64,000 bases of DNA, taken from NCBI GenBank assembly GCA_043228905.1, contig JBHGNT010000005.1, positions 13,082,001-13,146,000 of the forward strand. Reading direction: 5' to 3'. Source of the stretch: Azolla caroliniana (taxonomy: Eukaryota > Plantae > Polypodiophyta). Shown piece after piece: positions 1 to 10,154 of the stretch. The translations under genes and the position numbers were made by a program. Position 1 is the first letter of the stretch. Each line of letters opens with the position of its first letter. Below the pieces are notes generated by a model that saw nothing but the letters and a program-made list of their open reading frames with translations, made no database searches and was not told where the DNA came from.

Positions 1-324
1 GTTCGAGACATCAATCATTTCGGCGATCTAAACCTAGTTGTTAAAGCGAGATTGGCAAGTGGTTGGGGGCATAAATTCTTTGTTCCGCATAAAGAAATTC
101 CAAGGACAGATCAAATGCCAGGAAACAAATCTTGAGTTTGCTTGCTTGCTTGCTTGCTTGTGGGGAAATCACAAAGAAGTTCTGGGACACAGGCGGCAAA
201 AACCTAGAGACCCTGCAAGCAACACTGCTCGCCCGTAGCAATGCTCGCCTTAGCCATTATCGCCTGCCGAATTACACTTTTCAAAACTCGCTCTAGCCAT
301 TTCTCTTATGCTTTCCGGCATTGC

Positions 325-717
325 TGTTATTGCTAGGGCCGGACAACAACCTAACACAAGGTGTCCCCTTAAGACACGTCACCAAAGGGTGGTACGACAG
401 AATGACTTACGACACAATGCTTAATTAGACCTTAATCGATTTCTTAGCCATCCGTAATTAACACGCGTAAGATATGACAATAATCACAGAACGGTAATCA
501 ACACTTGAAGATTAAGACCATAAGCTTTATTAATTATCCGCTACTGATTACATTGTAACCGAGCCTTTATATAGGTCTCCGGTGCGAAATACAAAACGGT
601 GCCAAACGGCACCTTTACGGAATCGTTCCGAATCCGGATCGGCATACCGATTCCGGTCCGTCCGTCCACATCTTCTTATATAATAATATGTATATATTAA
701 GACTACTAATTCCAACA
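325..717 (-). repeat. LTR of a gag-bearing Gypsy-type element (family A)
   Basis: Starts TG and ends CA; similar to 2700-2773 plus 9855-10154 (tagggccggacaa...accaaagggtg; gatcggcataccgatt...ggtccgtccgt). The two copies are clearly diverged. Confidence 0.6.
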
Positions 718-848
718 GTTCCCGAATAACTATTCATTTCTCACTCTGGTTTGGAGTTTGGACCTCCTTTAGCCTTCTTTGCCGGCCGGTAACACATGGC
801 ACGCCCATGGGACAGTACCTTGTATGTCGAACCCACTATCCGGCCCTT

Positions 849-2320
849 TTACGCTTCATCCAAAATGTCCAGAATGCTTTGCTCCAAAATTTCCAATGGC
901 TCGTCGGGAATCTGTTGTTGTTGTTGTGGCTGTGGTTGTGGCTGCTGCTCCGTTTGTGGCTCTGGCACCGGTGTTTCCGTCGTTGGTTCCTTCGTCGGAG
1001 TTGTTTGTGGATGACTGACCCCGGCATGTTCCCCCTCCGGTCTTTGCACCGGCGATGGTTCCTCATCACTAAGGTTGACCGTTGCCGTCTTCCGCGCTTT
1101 TTCTTCCCGGAGCCGGGACCGCTCATAACTTTCGAACTGGATTTGAGCCTCCAGCCGATCATCGTCTAGTTGAGCTACAAGCTGCCGGACCTGCACCAAT
1201 TGTTCATCCGCTAGGGCTGTGAAATCTTCCACCATACCGGTCACAGTCATAAGCGTTTCTTCGATCACCGTACCGGACATCTTGTGCGGGCCGGTAACGC
1301 TCCTCTCGCCGCCAACGCTCTTCTTCCTCCTCCTAGTTGCTTCATGGTTCGATTTGCCGGACTGGTGGTGCTTGCCGATTCAGCAAGTTATACTCGCACC
1401 AATCCATTGTGTGGCTTCTGGAATGGCAAAGCAGGCATTGAGAACGCATGGTGCACTCCAGCGCTGAATGTCCGGCATTTAGGCAAGTCGTACATTGAAC
1501 TGCTTGTCGAAAGCGGAGGTCTTCATCAATCGGTAACATTCGTTGGAGTGCCCCCATTGTCAGCCACGAGTTGGAGTTTTCCATTTCCTAGACTCGTTCT
1601 ATGACCTAGTCGATGGAACTCGTGCGTAAATCAATGGCTGTGCACACCGTTTGTAGGGGTTCCCGGAGTGTTGCTAGGAATATCGCCTTAGTCTCTTCCT
1701 CCGGTGGCGCCCGACTGAGCTGGCTGTGCATTCTCTGGAATTGGATTACAAATTGTTGCATGTTCTCTGTGGGCTCCTGCCTGATGGTATAGAATAGGCC
1801 AACCATTTCTCGCTGATCCACTTCTTTGTGAAAAAAATGTAAGAATTTAGATTTCAAGGCGTCAAACGTCGTGATGGTACTTGGATCTTGCGTCAGGCAC
1901 CATCTAGGGGCGGGCCCCTCCAGGGTCCTGCCAAACTCCGCCATCTTTGAGCATTCTGCTTCGACCGCGGTTAAGCAATGTGAAACATGATTTGTTTCCC
2001 AGGTCTACTGAAATGCATAGACGTGGGCCTTTGCGTCCGGATCATCCCGATACTTGGGATATTGAAACGGCATGTCGTCGTCCGGTGTTGGAACTCGGGT
2101 TGGTGGTGTTGGAGGTCTCTCTTCCTCCTCCGTCGGAGGTCTATCCGCCTCCTCTGTTGGAGGTCTTTCTTCCTCTGGGGGAAGTCTTTTGGCCTCTGCT
2201 TCGGCTGTTGGGGTTTGCTTAGTCCTTGGCCGATCTGTGGCTCCCAGCTTTGTCAATTCTGGTTCCGGTGTCGGTGAGGTATCCGATTCCTCGTCCGCCG
2301 GTCCGTTTGGGGTGTCGTGA
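849..2320 (-). pseudogene. Retrotransposon gag with two CCHC zinc knuckles and an acidic/Q-rich tail, broken by in-frame stops
   Basis: ORF pieces 2005-2256, 1606-1944, 1342-1584 and 849-1280; knuckles CTTCLNAGHSALEC and CLLCHSRSHTMDWC; homologous to the gag at 16553-17870. Confidence 0.75.
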
Positions 2321-2773
2321 CTGCTACGGTAATTAGAGTGAGTGCTATATTTGCCATTCGAGTCCGATTCAAAGGCCGAAAATGGTTTAGAATCGATGTC
2401 TCCTACAGCTAATGCCTATAGCAGGGATTCCGTTTCCCGAAGACTACTCAAGCTGCTTCCTTCGTCGGGGGTGGAAATCTTGTTGCAAACGGAGTGACTC
2501 CTTGGCCACTTGCTGGATCATTTTGGAAAATGATTAATCCGAACGAATTTCTTCCGCCGATTGCTGGAAGGCGTCTCGCTTCCGCAGCCGCTCAACGAGT
2601 CTCCTTGCTCGATCTGTAATCGGTCTGCTCGCTGGTCTAGTCATCCATTCCCGCCGTTGTTCGTTGCGCTTATGTAGGAATCGTGGTCGCCAAAAACTGT
2701 GTTACTCCTTAGGGCCGGACAATAGCCTAACACAGGGTGTCTACAAAAGACACTTCACCAAAGGGTGTTACGG

Positions 2774-3479
2774 TGTCGTGCCCTTCGGCTCCGGATCGTT
2801 GCGTGAGTCGGGTGGGAACCGCCGAGGTTTTTGACTAGGAGGAAGAGGAATACAACTTAAGGCTAGTTATGAATAGTGGAAAGAGAAGTAAGATAGCAAT
2901 CTCATGAATCCCACGAGTCTAGTGTAATTAAAACAATATTTAGATTATAAGGGCAATTAGATGGCAAAATTCGTGAATCCCACGAATATATTAGATTGAT
3001 CAAACCTTGTATCTTAATCAACAACCATATACATATTTTTCTCCTCCTTATATATAAAGATGGAAGAGGCTAAGCATGGCTTCATGCTTTTTCACCTAAA
3101 GTGCCCATGCACACTAAATGTGCATGTGATGCTTTGTCATTTCCTAAATATAGGGCTCATGCACGCTAGATGTGCATGAGTCACTTTTAATGTCACGTGT
3201 AAATAAAATATTCACACTCTAAAGAATACATGATTTTTACCTTTTAATAAAGGTATGTGTAAATAAAGGTCTTATACGTATTAAATCTATATTTATAACA
3301 CTAAAGATAAGTTATTACAATGGTAAAGTTGGGGTTTATCTACGTGGAGGTGCATGGTTCGAATCTTGCCCTATGCACGTGATAAATACTTTTGATATAT
3401 TATTTATTTATTTATATGTATCTAAAATCGGATATATTATTTTATGGTTTTCACGTAGTGTGTGGAATACACTACGACA
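2774..3479 (-). repeat. 3' LTR of element B
   Basis: Matches 9149-9854, 55482-56187 and 58230-58935; adjacent to the polypurine tract. Confidence 0.95.
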
Positions 3480-6400
3480 CTCGCCCCCTCCGAACCCGCA
3501 CATCCTCCGGTATGTGCCGAAGTTCTCGATTCCCCATATCCGTCTTCACCCAAAACTTCCTCCGATTCTCCCCTTATGTCGACTATGAGTTGTAATTCAC
3601 TTTCTTCGCTTCCCGCATCACCGTGGTCTTCGTCCGATTGCTCCTCGTTGTCGGCCTTGGCTTGGATCACATAGGGTTTGTCGTCGGTCCGCTTCTTGAA
3701 AATCTTCACCCGCTTCCCGGCTATAGGCACTCGTAGTATTGTTCCATCCAACTCGGACAGTCGGTACGTTCCGTTGTCGAAGACTTTCCGAACCTCGTAT
3801 GGCCCGAACCACCTTTGCGAATTTCCGCATCGTTGTATGTTGATGGTCCAAACTACTGTCATAGACGATCACCCAATCTCCTTCTTCAATCCTCCTCGGT
3901 CGTAGTCGGTGCTTTGTGTCAAACCGGCTTTTGTTCCTTAATCGTGCTTCTTGTTTTCGGCGTATTGCTTCCGCTATGTCTGCCGGTCTTCCCTCTAGTT
4001 GTCGTATCCGGACCGCTAGTAGTTCTTCCCGGCTCATCTCTTCCTTCCACGGTAGCACTGTCCATGTTGCGATCGCGGTTTCCGTCGGCATTACCGGTGC
4101 TTGTCCGGTCATGAGTTCTGCTGGCATGTAACCGGTTATGGAGCTATGCGTTGTCCAATCCGCCCATAGTGCATACGGAAGCATCTGCGGCCAGTCCTTC
4201 ACCTTTCCATCGCATGCCTTCACAAGTGCTTTCACGATCGGACTATGTCCTCGTTCGATTTTCCCGTTGGTGTCCGGATTGTATGTGGTTGTCAGCGATA
4301 ACCCAAATCCGTGTTTGGCGAAGAATCCCCTAGCTTTGTCCGAGTCGAGTTCTCCCCGGTCCGCAATCACTTGTCCTACGCACCCGTACCTGCAAAATAC
4401 TTCCTCCAAAAGAAATTGGCATACCGCGGAACACGTTTTCCTCTGAAGCGCTCGACCTTCTACTTGATTCGTGAGATCTTCCCGAGCTAATACCAAGTAT
4501 TTCTTTTGTCCGATCCCGGTCGGCATGGCCACTATGTCAACCATCCACTTGAAGTTGATTGTCGGTGAGAATGTCGGATGTAACTCATCTCGATGTCGAA
4601 CCCCGGAGTAGACTTGACATTTCTCGCAGCTTTCCGTGAACTCCGCGACATCTTTGTACATTTTCTTTCACCAATATTTTTGCTTAATCTTCACAAATGT
4701 TGCCCATGTTCCTCGGTGTCCAGCCCAATCGGATTCGTGAAACTCGGACATTATCCGGTTTCGTTGCTCTTTTGTCCCGACTACTCGAAGTGGTATACCA
4801 TCCGGTCTTTTCGGCGCCCTCCATATTAATCCGTTTTCCAAGAAGAATTTTTGGACTTGCCTCTTCTTCCTTCGGATTTTGGCTCTTCTTCCTTTATCGT
4901 TTGTCGAGTCCTCGGCCTCTTGTAACATCTTCCCGATCATCAAACTTTCTCCCTCGTATTCTTCTTCCCGGAATTCTCGGATTACGTTCACTCGGCATAT
5001 GTGCTCCGACGCGAAGTAGTCTTCGGAAACTTCTTCATTATCCGATTCGGTTATGCCGTCTCCGAACCGAGCCCTTGATAACATATCCGCTACCGCGTTG
5101 TCCTTCCCCGAGATGTGTCGAACCTCCGGATTAAGCGACTTGACATATGCAACCCACCTTAGCATAGCTACATCCGGTATCGTACAACACCGCATCATCC
5201 CGAGTATCGGAAGACAATTCGTCTCGATCACCACTTCGGCTCCGATCAAATAATCCCGATCCGATTTTATCGCCGACACGACCCCCCATAGTTCTCTTTT
5301 GACTTGTGCATATCCACGTTGCCTTTCGTTGAGAACCTTTGCTCCGAATCAGATCGGATACCGCGAACCATCCGAGTCGGCTTGATTGATGACCCACCCG
5401 ATACCGGTTGGACTTGTATCAACCGTTACTATGATCGGTCGGTCATAGCTCGGCTTCTTAAGTGCCTCCGCCCTCCGAAGTGTCTTCTTCAATTTGTTCA
5501 TGGCTTTGGTGTGTTCCGGTTTCCATTCGAATTTCTTACCTTTCTGCAACAAGTGGTAGAGCGGGTCCCCTATATGTGCATAGTGCGGAATCCATATGTG
5601 ATAGAATGCACATGCACCGAGAAACCTTCGGACTTTGGATGTTGACTCGCATACTTCCTCCATAGCTTGAATCGCATCGATCTTTGTTGGTGATGGTCTT
5701 CGGCCGTAGGGCCCACATAGATGTCCGACCACCAATATTTCTTCTTGCCCGAATGCCGATTTCTCCCCGGAAAGTGTTAGGTGCACATCTTCTAGCTTTC
5801 GCAACACTTTCTCGCAATCATGAATATGGTCGACCACGAACTTTCGGCATCCCCGATCATCCATAGTCTCATCTTTTTCTTCTACCGCGCATCCTTTCAT
5901 CGGAATGTCATCGAGGAACGGCATCGTTATCTCCGGAATGCAGTCTCGAAGCACCTTGTTCATCGCGTTCATCATATGAGCAACCGAGTTTGTCGCTCCT
6001 TGTGGTAGTGTGCACATTCGGACTAATCCTATCGGTGTTCGCATGGTTGTGATGTCTCGGCTCTCCACGGCTAGTTGGAATTGGTCATACCCCGAGTATA
6101 GGTCTCCGATGGAGTATATCGCACGACCGGCAAAAGCTTCCGCAAATTCGTCCACTATCGGATCGACTCCCGAGTTCCGGATCGTGACCTTATTCACCGG
6201 TTGCAAGTCTTGGATAAATCGGAGTGACCCATTCTTCTTCGGAACCGTAAACCATCGATTTGAGTACGGAGCAGTTGATGGCTCTAGAATCCCCATCGCC
6301 ACCTTCTCCTTGAGCAAGTCAATGACTTTCGGAATATGCGCTCGTGGCACCGGAATCGGCTTCAGGCTCCACGGTACATGGTCAATCGTGAAGATCACCA

Positions 6401-7070
6401 TCGGCTCCACTATTCTCGGATCGACGCACCCTATCTCCCTTGATGTAAATGCAAACGCTTTGCCGTGTTGCTCCAACATCTCGCGAAACCTTTCTTCTTC
6501 TTTTTGTAATAGGAACCCACCTCCACCGATCCGAAGTTTCTTCCGGGTCTCATCCGTGAAGGCATGTCCGATATCCACGAACTTCCGAAGTGTCGGATCT
6601 CCTGAGACTTCTTTCCTCTTTTGTTCGCTATCGGCGGGTAGTGGTCCCGCGGCCGGTTTCACCTTCTTCTCCACGGTCTTGTATTTCGTACTTACCATTG
6701 CTTCTTCTTTAGGGAGCGTATCCGGCTCCATTTTCGCAATGATCTCGTACATCTCGACCGATTCCACCGGGACTACCCGGTTCCCTTGGCTTTTATCTTC
6801 TGCAAGCTCTTCAAGTCGTTGTAGCGTGCTCCCATAGAACACTTCTTCGACTATCCCCACGATTTCTTCATCTTCTTTTATTATTGATGCCGACCGCAAC
6901 TTATCCTCCACTTGTTGGTATCCTTTATTCAATCCTCCGGTTACGGTCGTGTACGTAGATACCCCATCCGGACCGATTCGTACATGTTTTGCTCCGAGAG
7001 TTTTCTTCCTGTGTGGGGTATCAGGGCTTCTCGGACTATCACTTCCCCACTCCGCAACAGTCCGCTTTAA
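3437..7070 (-). pseudogene. Gypsy pol (RT, RNase H, integrase) of element B, with a few stops/frameshifts
   Basis: RT motifs DLYSGYDQ, LPQGATNS, FLDD; RNase H VTVDTSPTGIG and ADMLSR; integrase HHCC, WMVDIV, IADRGE, NGKIERGH; contiguous in the copy at 58893-61868. Confidence 0.93.
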
Positions 7071-9109
7071 AAATCCATTCTCACTTGGGACAAGAGTTCC
7101 CTCTTGTTCCTTTCGTGATTTGCTGGCACCGTTAGGAATTGGACGGATTTCCCACCGTTTTGGCTCCGAATTCGCGCAAAAGCCGCACCGCTATCGAGCA
7201 CCTTCGTCTCCATCCGTGATGCCGTGATAAAGGGTTGGCCGAGGATGACGGAATGTGAAACCTCATCTTGCATGAAGAAATTTTGGTCGATCTCGACATC
7301 CCCGATCTTCACCGTCACATCCGGACAAGCCGCAAATAGATCTTCCGTTGCTTTGGTGGCCGCCCGAATCTTCCATCCATGGTTGGTGTTAATAGGCCAC
7401 TTCCCCTTCTGGTAGAACTCCTTGGACATCAAGTTGATCTCCGATCCGTGATCAATCAATGCTAGCACGGGTTCTTTGATGTTGCCGATTCGGACCGGAG
7501 TCTCCGTAGTCGCGCGTGCCCAATGTGGCCTTGTATAGTGGGAGTTCGGAATTTTGTCCTCCACTTCGGTGTCGTTCATTAAAACGGTGTTCGCATTCAC
7601 CCTTGGAGCATTTTCCTCCGTACTTTGTCTTTTTCGCTTCACGAGATCTACGAGAAGATCGTGGAACTCCTTCTTTGCTATTCCGAGTAGCTCCCGAAGC
7701 GAGAAATCTACCCGGCTATCCAAGATTCTTTCCTCGAACACTCTTTTCAAGTCGGTTTGTTGTTCTATGTCCGAGGCGAGCTTGAATGCCGGAGTCGCCT
7801 TTTCTTTTCCCTTACCTCCGGAGTTCCAGCTTTTCGGTATCTTCGATGGCCCGGCCGCATCCTCCGTGCGTCGTTGTTTCTCGTCCACATACACCTTATG
7901 CAATTGACACAGGGCGTATACGCTATTCTTGTCGACAGGGCACTCCCATCCCGTAGCTTCCCGGACGCCTTCCGCGGTGCTTCGGATCTCGTTGGAGTCG
8001 GTTTTCTCGGTGTTTTCTAGAACTTCCGGCCAAAAAGACGTCTTTGCTCTCGATGACTCCCCGACACATATTCCCGCGGTTGTCGCATAGTTGCTTCTTG
8101 CCGCCAATTCCTCCTCGAGCACCTTCTTCATGCTGCCTTTTCGGAAGTTCGGTCGGAGTGGCTTCCGAGAGTCCATCGAATGAATCCGGTTTCCCTCGTA
8201 GTAGATGAGATCACGCCGTAGCGCCTCCTTATGCTCGTCGCAATCCCTCCGATCGTGTTCGGCGCTATCGCACCATATGCACCGTCGGTCCGTATACTTG
8301 GAGCTTGTGGGGCGGTCATCCGACTTCTTCACCATCGCGATCTTCAGATTCTCCATCTCCTTCAATAGTTGCTCCACCGTATATGCATCAATCCCCTTCT
8401 CGGTTGTAGTCTCTCGAGCCCTCAGTTGATGGTCTTCCAATCCGGTTCTCGGTTTCGGAATCGGTTCCGAAGCCCTCTTTTCCTCGTCGGCAAGCCATTG
8501 CCCCCTCTTCGTGTATCGCGCGACGATATCCCGCACACTTTCCCATGTTTCGGTGAGGCCGCTCTCCGTGGTCGTGTCCTCCAAGAGCACTCCGAGATCT
8601 TTCCGGTCCCGGACGTCCACAGCTCGCAAGAACATGATCACCTTGTCCGGTACGAGGATAGCCTGATCTCTCGCGGACAACCTCCCGAACCGGCTTTCGA
8701 ATGCCGAAAACACATCAACGACCTTCAATCCCTTGTCCGGCGTCTCCACCCAATCTTCGAATCCCCTTGGCGTCGCCTTGGAGGAATCCTCGATGGCGAA
8801 CGTCCTCTTTAGCTCTACTTCAAACGCCTCCCATGTCGGATTTTGCTGTCGTAGCCCATGGATGCTTGCTTGAAGCCCGTCGGTCGCCACCCGGTTGAAG
8901 GACGTCACTTGCAGTCCTTCGGATATTCCGCACCGTAGCATCTCCGCCTTGTAGTCCCGAAGATACCGCGACACGTCTTTCCCGTTGAATTGCCCGTTTC
9001 GTTGCACGAGCCGCTCCACTGATGCCGCTATCTCCGACATCGCGCGTTGTTCTTGTAGCATGCGCTCGAACATCATCATCATGTTGCTAGCCTCCGGTTG
9101 ATTTTCCAT
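7067..9109 (-). CDS. Gag-protease polyprotein of element B (680 aa)
   Basis: Intact ORF beginning just after the PBS; knuckle CIWCDSAEHDRRDC; aspartic protease motifs LIDHGSEINL and VILGQPF. Confidence 0.92.
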   Translation of the reverse strand: MENQPEASNMMMMFERMLQEQRAMSEIAASVERLVQRNGQFNGKDVSRYLRDYKAEMLRCGISEGLQVTSFNRVATDGLQASIHGLRQQNPTWEAFEVELKRTFAIEDSSKATPRGFEDWVETPDKGLKVVDVFSAFESRFGRLSARDQAILVPDKVIMFLRAVDVRDRKDLGVLLEDTTTESGLTETWESVRDIVARYTKRGQWLADEEKRASEPIPKPRTGLEDHQLRARETTTEKGIDAYTVEQLLKEMENLKIAMVKKSDDRPTSSKYTDRRCIWCDSAEHDRRDCDEHKEALRRDLIYYEGNRIHSMDSRKPLRPNFRKGSMKKVLEEELAARSNYATTAGICVGESSRAKTSFWPEVLENTEKTDSNEIRSTAEGVREATGWECPVDKNSVYALCQLHKVYVDEKQRRTEDAAGPSKIPKSWNSGGKGKEKATPAFKLASDIEQQTDLKRVFEERILDSRVDFSLRELLGIAKKEFHDLLVDLVKRKRQSTEENAPRVNANTVLMNDTEVEDKIPNSHYTRPHWARATTETPVRIGNIKEPVLALIDHGSEINLMSKEFYQKGKWPINTNHGWKIRAATKATEDLFAACPDVTVKIGDVEIDQNFFMQDEVSHSVILGQPFITASRMETKVLDSGAAFARIRSQNGGKSVQFLTVPANHERNKRELLSQVRMDF

Positions 9110-9127
9110 CTCCTTGCCACCCGGTCT

Positions 9128-9144
9128 TCACGTCGGGTTCACCA
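9128..9144 (-). promoter_or_regulatory. Primer binding site complementary to the plant tRNA-Trp 3' end
   Basis: TGGTGAACCCGACGTGA immediately inside the 5' LTR; same PBS at 43935-43951 (-) and, with one mismatch, 15376-15392 (+). Confidence 0.85.
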
Positions 9145-9148
9145 ATTG

Positions 9149-9854
9149 TGTCGTGCCCTTCGGCTCCGGATCGTTGCCTGAGTCGGGTGGGAACCGTAGA
9201 GGTTTTTGACTAGGAGGAAGAGGAATACAACTTAAGGCTAGTTATGAATAGTGGAAAGAGAAGTAAGATAGCAATCTCGTGAATCCCACGAGTCTAGTGT
9301 AATTAAAACAATATTTAGATTATAAGGGCAATTAGATGGCAAAATTCGTGAATCCCACGAATATATTAGATTGATCAAACCTTGTATCTTAATCAACAAC
9401 CATATACATATTTTTCTCCTCCTTATATATAAAGATGGAAGAGGTTAAGCATGGCTTCATGCTTTTTCACCTAAAGTGCCCATGCACACTAAATGTGCAT
9501 GTGATGCTTTGTCATTTCCTAAATATAGGGCTCATGCACGCTAGATGTGCATGAGTCACTTTTAATGTCACGTGTAAATAAAATATTCACACTCTAAAGA
9601 ATACATGATTTTTACCTTTTAATAAAGGTATGTGTAAATAAAGGTCTTATACGTATTAAATCTATATTTATAACACTAAAGATAAGTTATTACAATGGTA
9701 AAGTTGGGGTTTATCTACGTGGAGGTGCATGGTTCGAATCTTGCCCTATGCACGTGATAAATACTTTTGATATATTATTTATTTATTTATATGTATCTAA
9801 AATCGGATATATTATTTTATGGTTTTCACGTAGTGTGTGGAATACGCTACGACA
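9149..9854 (-). repeat. 5' LTR of element B
   Basis: 706 bp, TG...CA, followed by TSD ACGG. Confidence 0.95.
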
Positions 9855-10154
9855 ACGGTGAAACAGAGTTAGACCGACGAGTAATCAAACCTTAATCAGT
9901 TACTTAATCAAAAGATCCTTAATCTTAATACACACATAAGATAGAAAGTAATTAGCACAAAACGGTAATCAAATCACAGAGATAAGGAAATAGAGCTTTA
10001 TTAATTATCCGTCCCCATTTACAATGTAATCGGGCCTTTTTATAGGTCACTGGCACCCTAATATGAACCGGTCCGGATCCGGATCAGCATACCGATTTCG
10101 GTCCGTCCGTTCACTTCTCTAAAATCTACTTAATTACTTAATATCCTAATAACA

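Larger units (their letters stand above)
2774..9854 (-). mobile_element. Full-length Ty3/Gypsy LTR retrotransposon (family B), 7.08 kb
   Basis: Near-identical 706-bp LTRs at 2774-3479 and 9149-9854 (TGTCG...CGACA); 4-bp TSD ACGG; tRNA-Trp PBS at 9128-9144; PPT at ~3480-3491; gag-PR followed by RT-RH-IN. Confidence 0.95.
2700..10154 (-). repeat. Second family-A LTR, split by insertion of element B
   Basis: 2700-2773 and 9855-10154 rejoin (gtgtt-acgg-tgaaacag) into a homolog of 325-717; PBS-like TGGCGACCAC on the minus strand at ~2683-2692. Confidence 0.6.

Noticed and set aside
1-324. Short ORFs and a (CTTG)n tract at the window start
   Set aside because: No recognisable domain, and too little context to call.
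6010-6837. Long plus-strand ORFs opposite pol (also 19914-20723, 61468-61905)
   Set aside because: They are antisense shadows of retroelement coding frames with no independent motifs.
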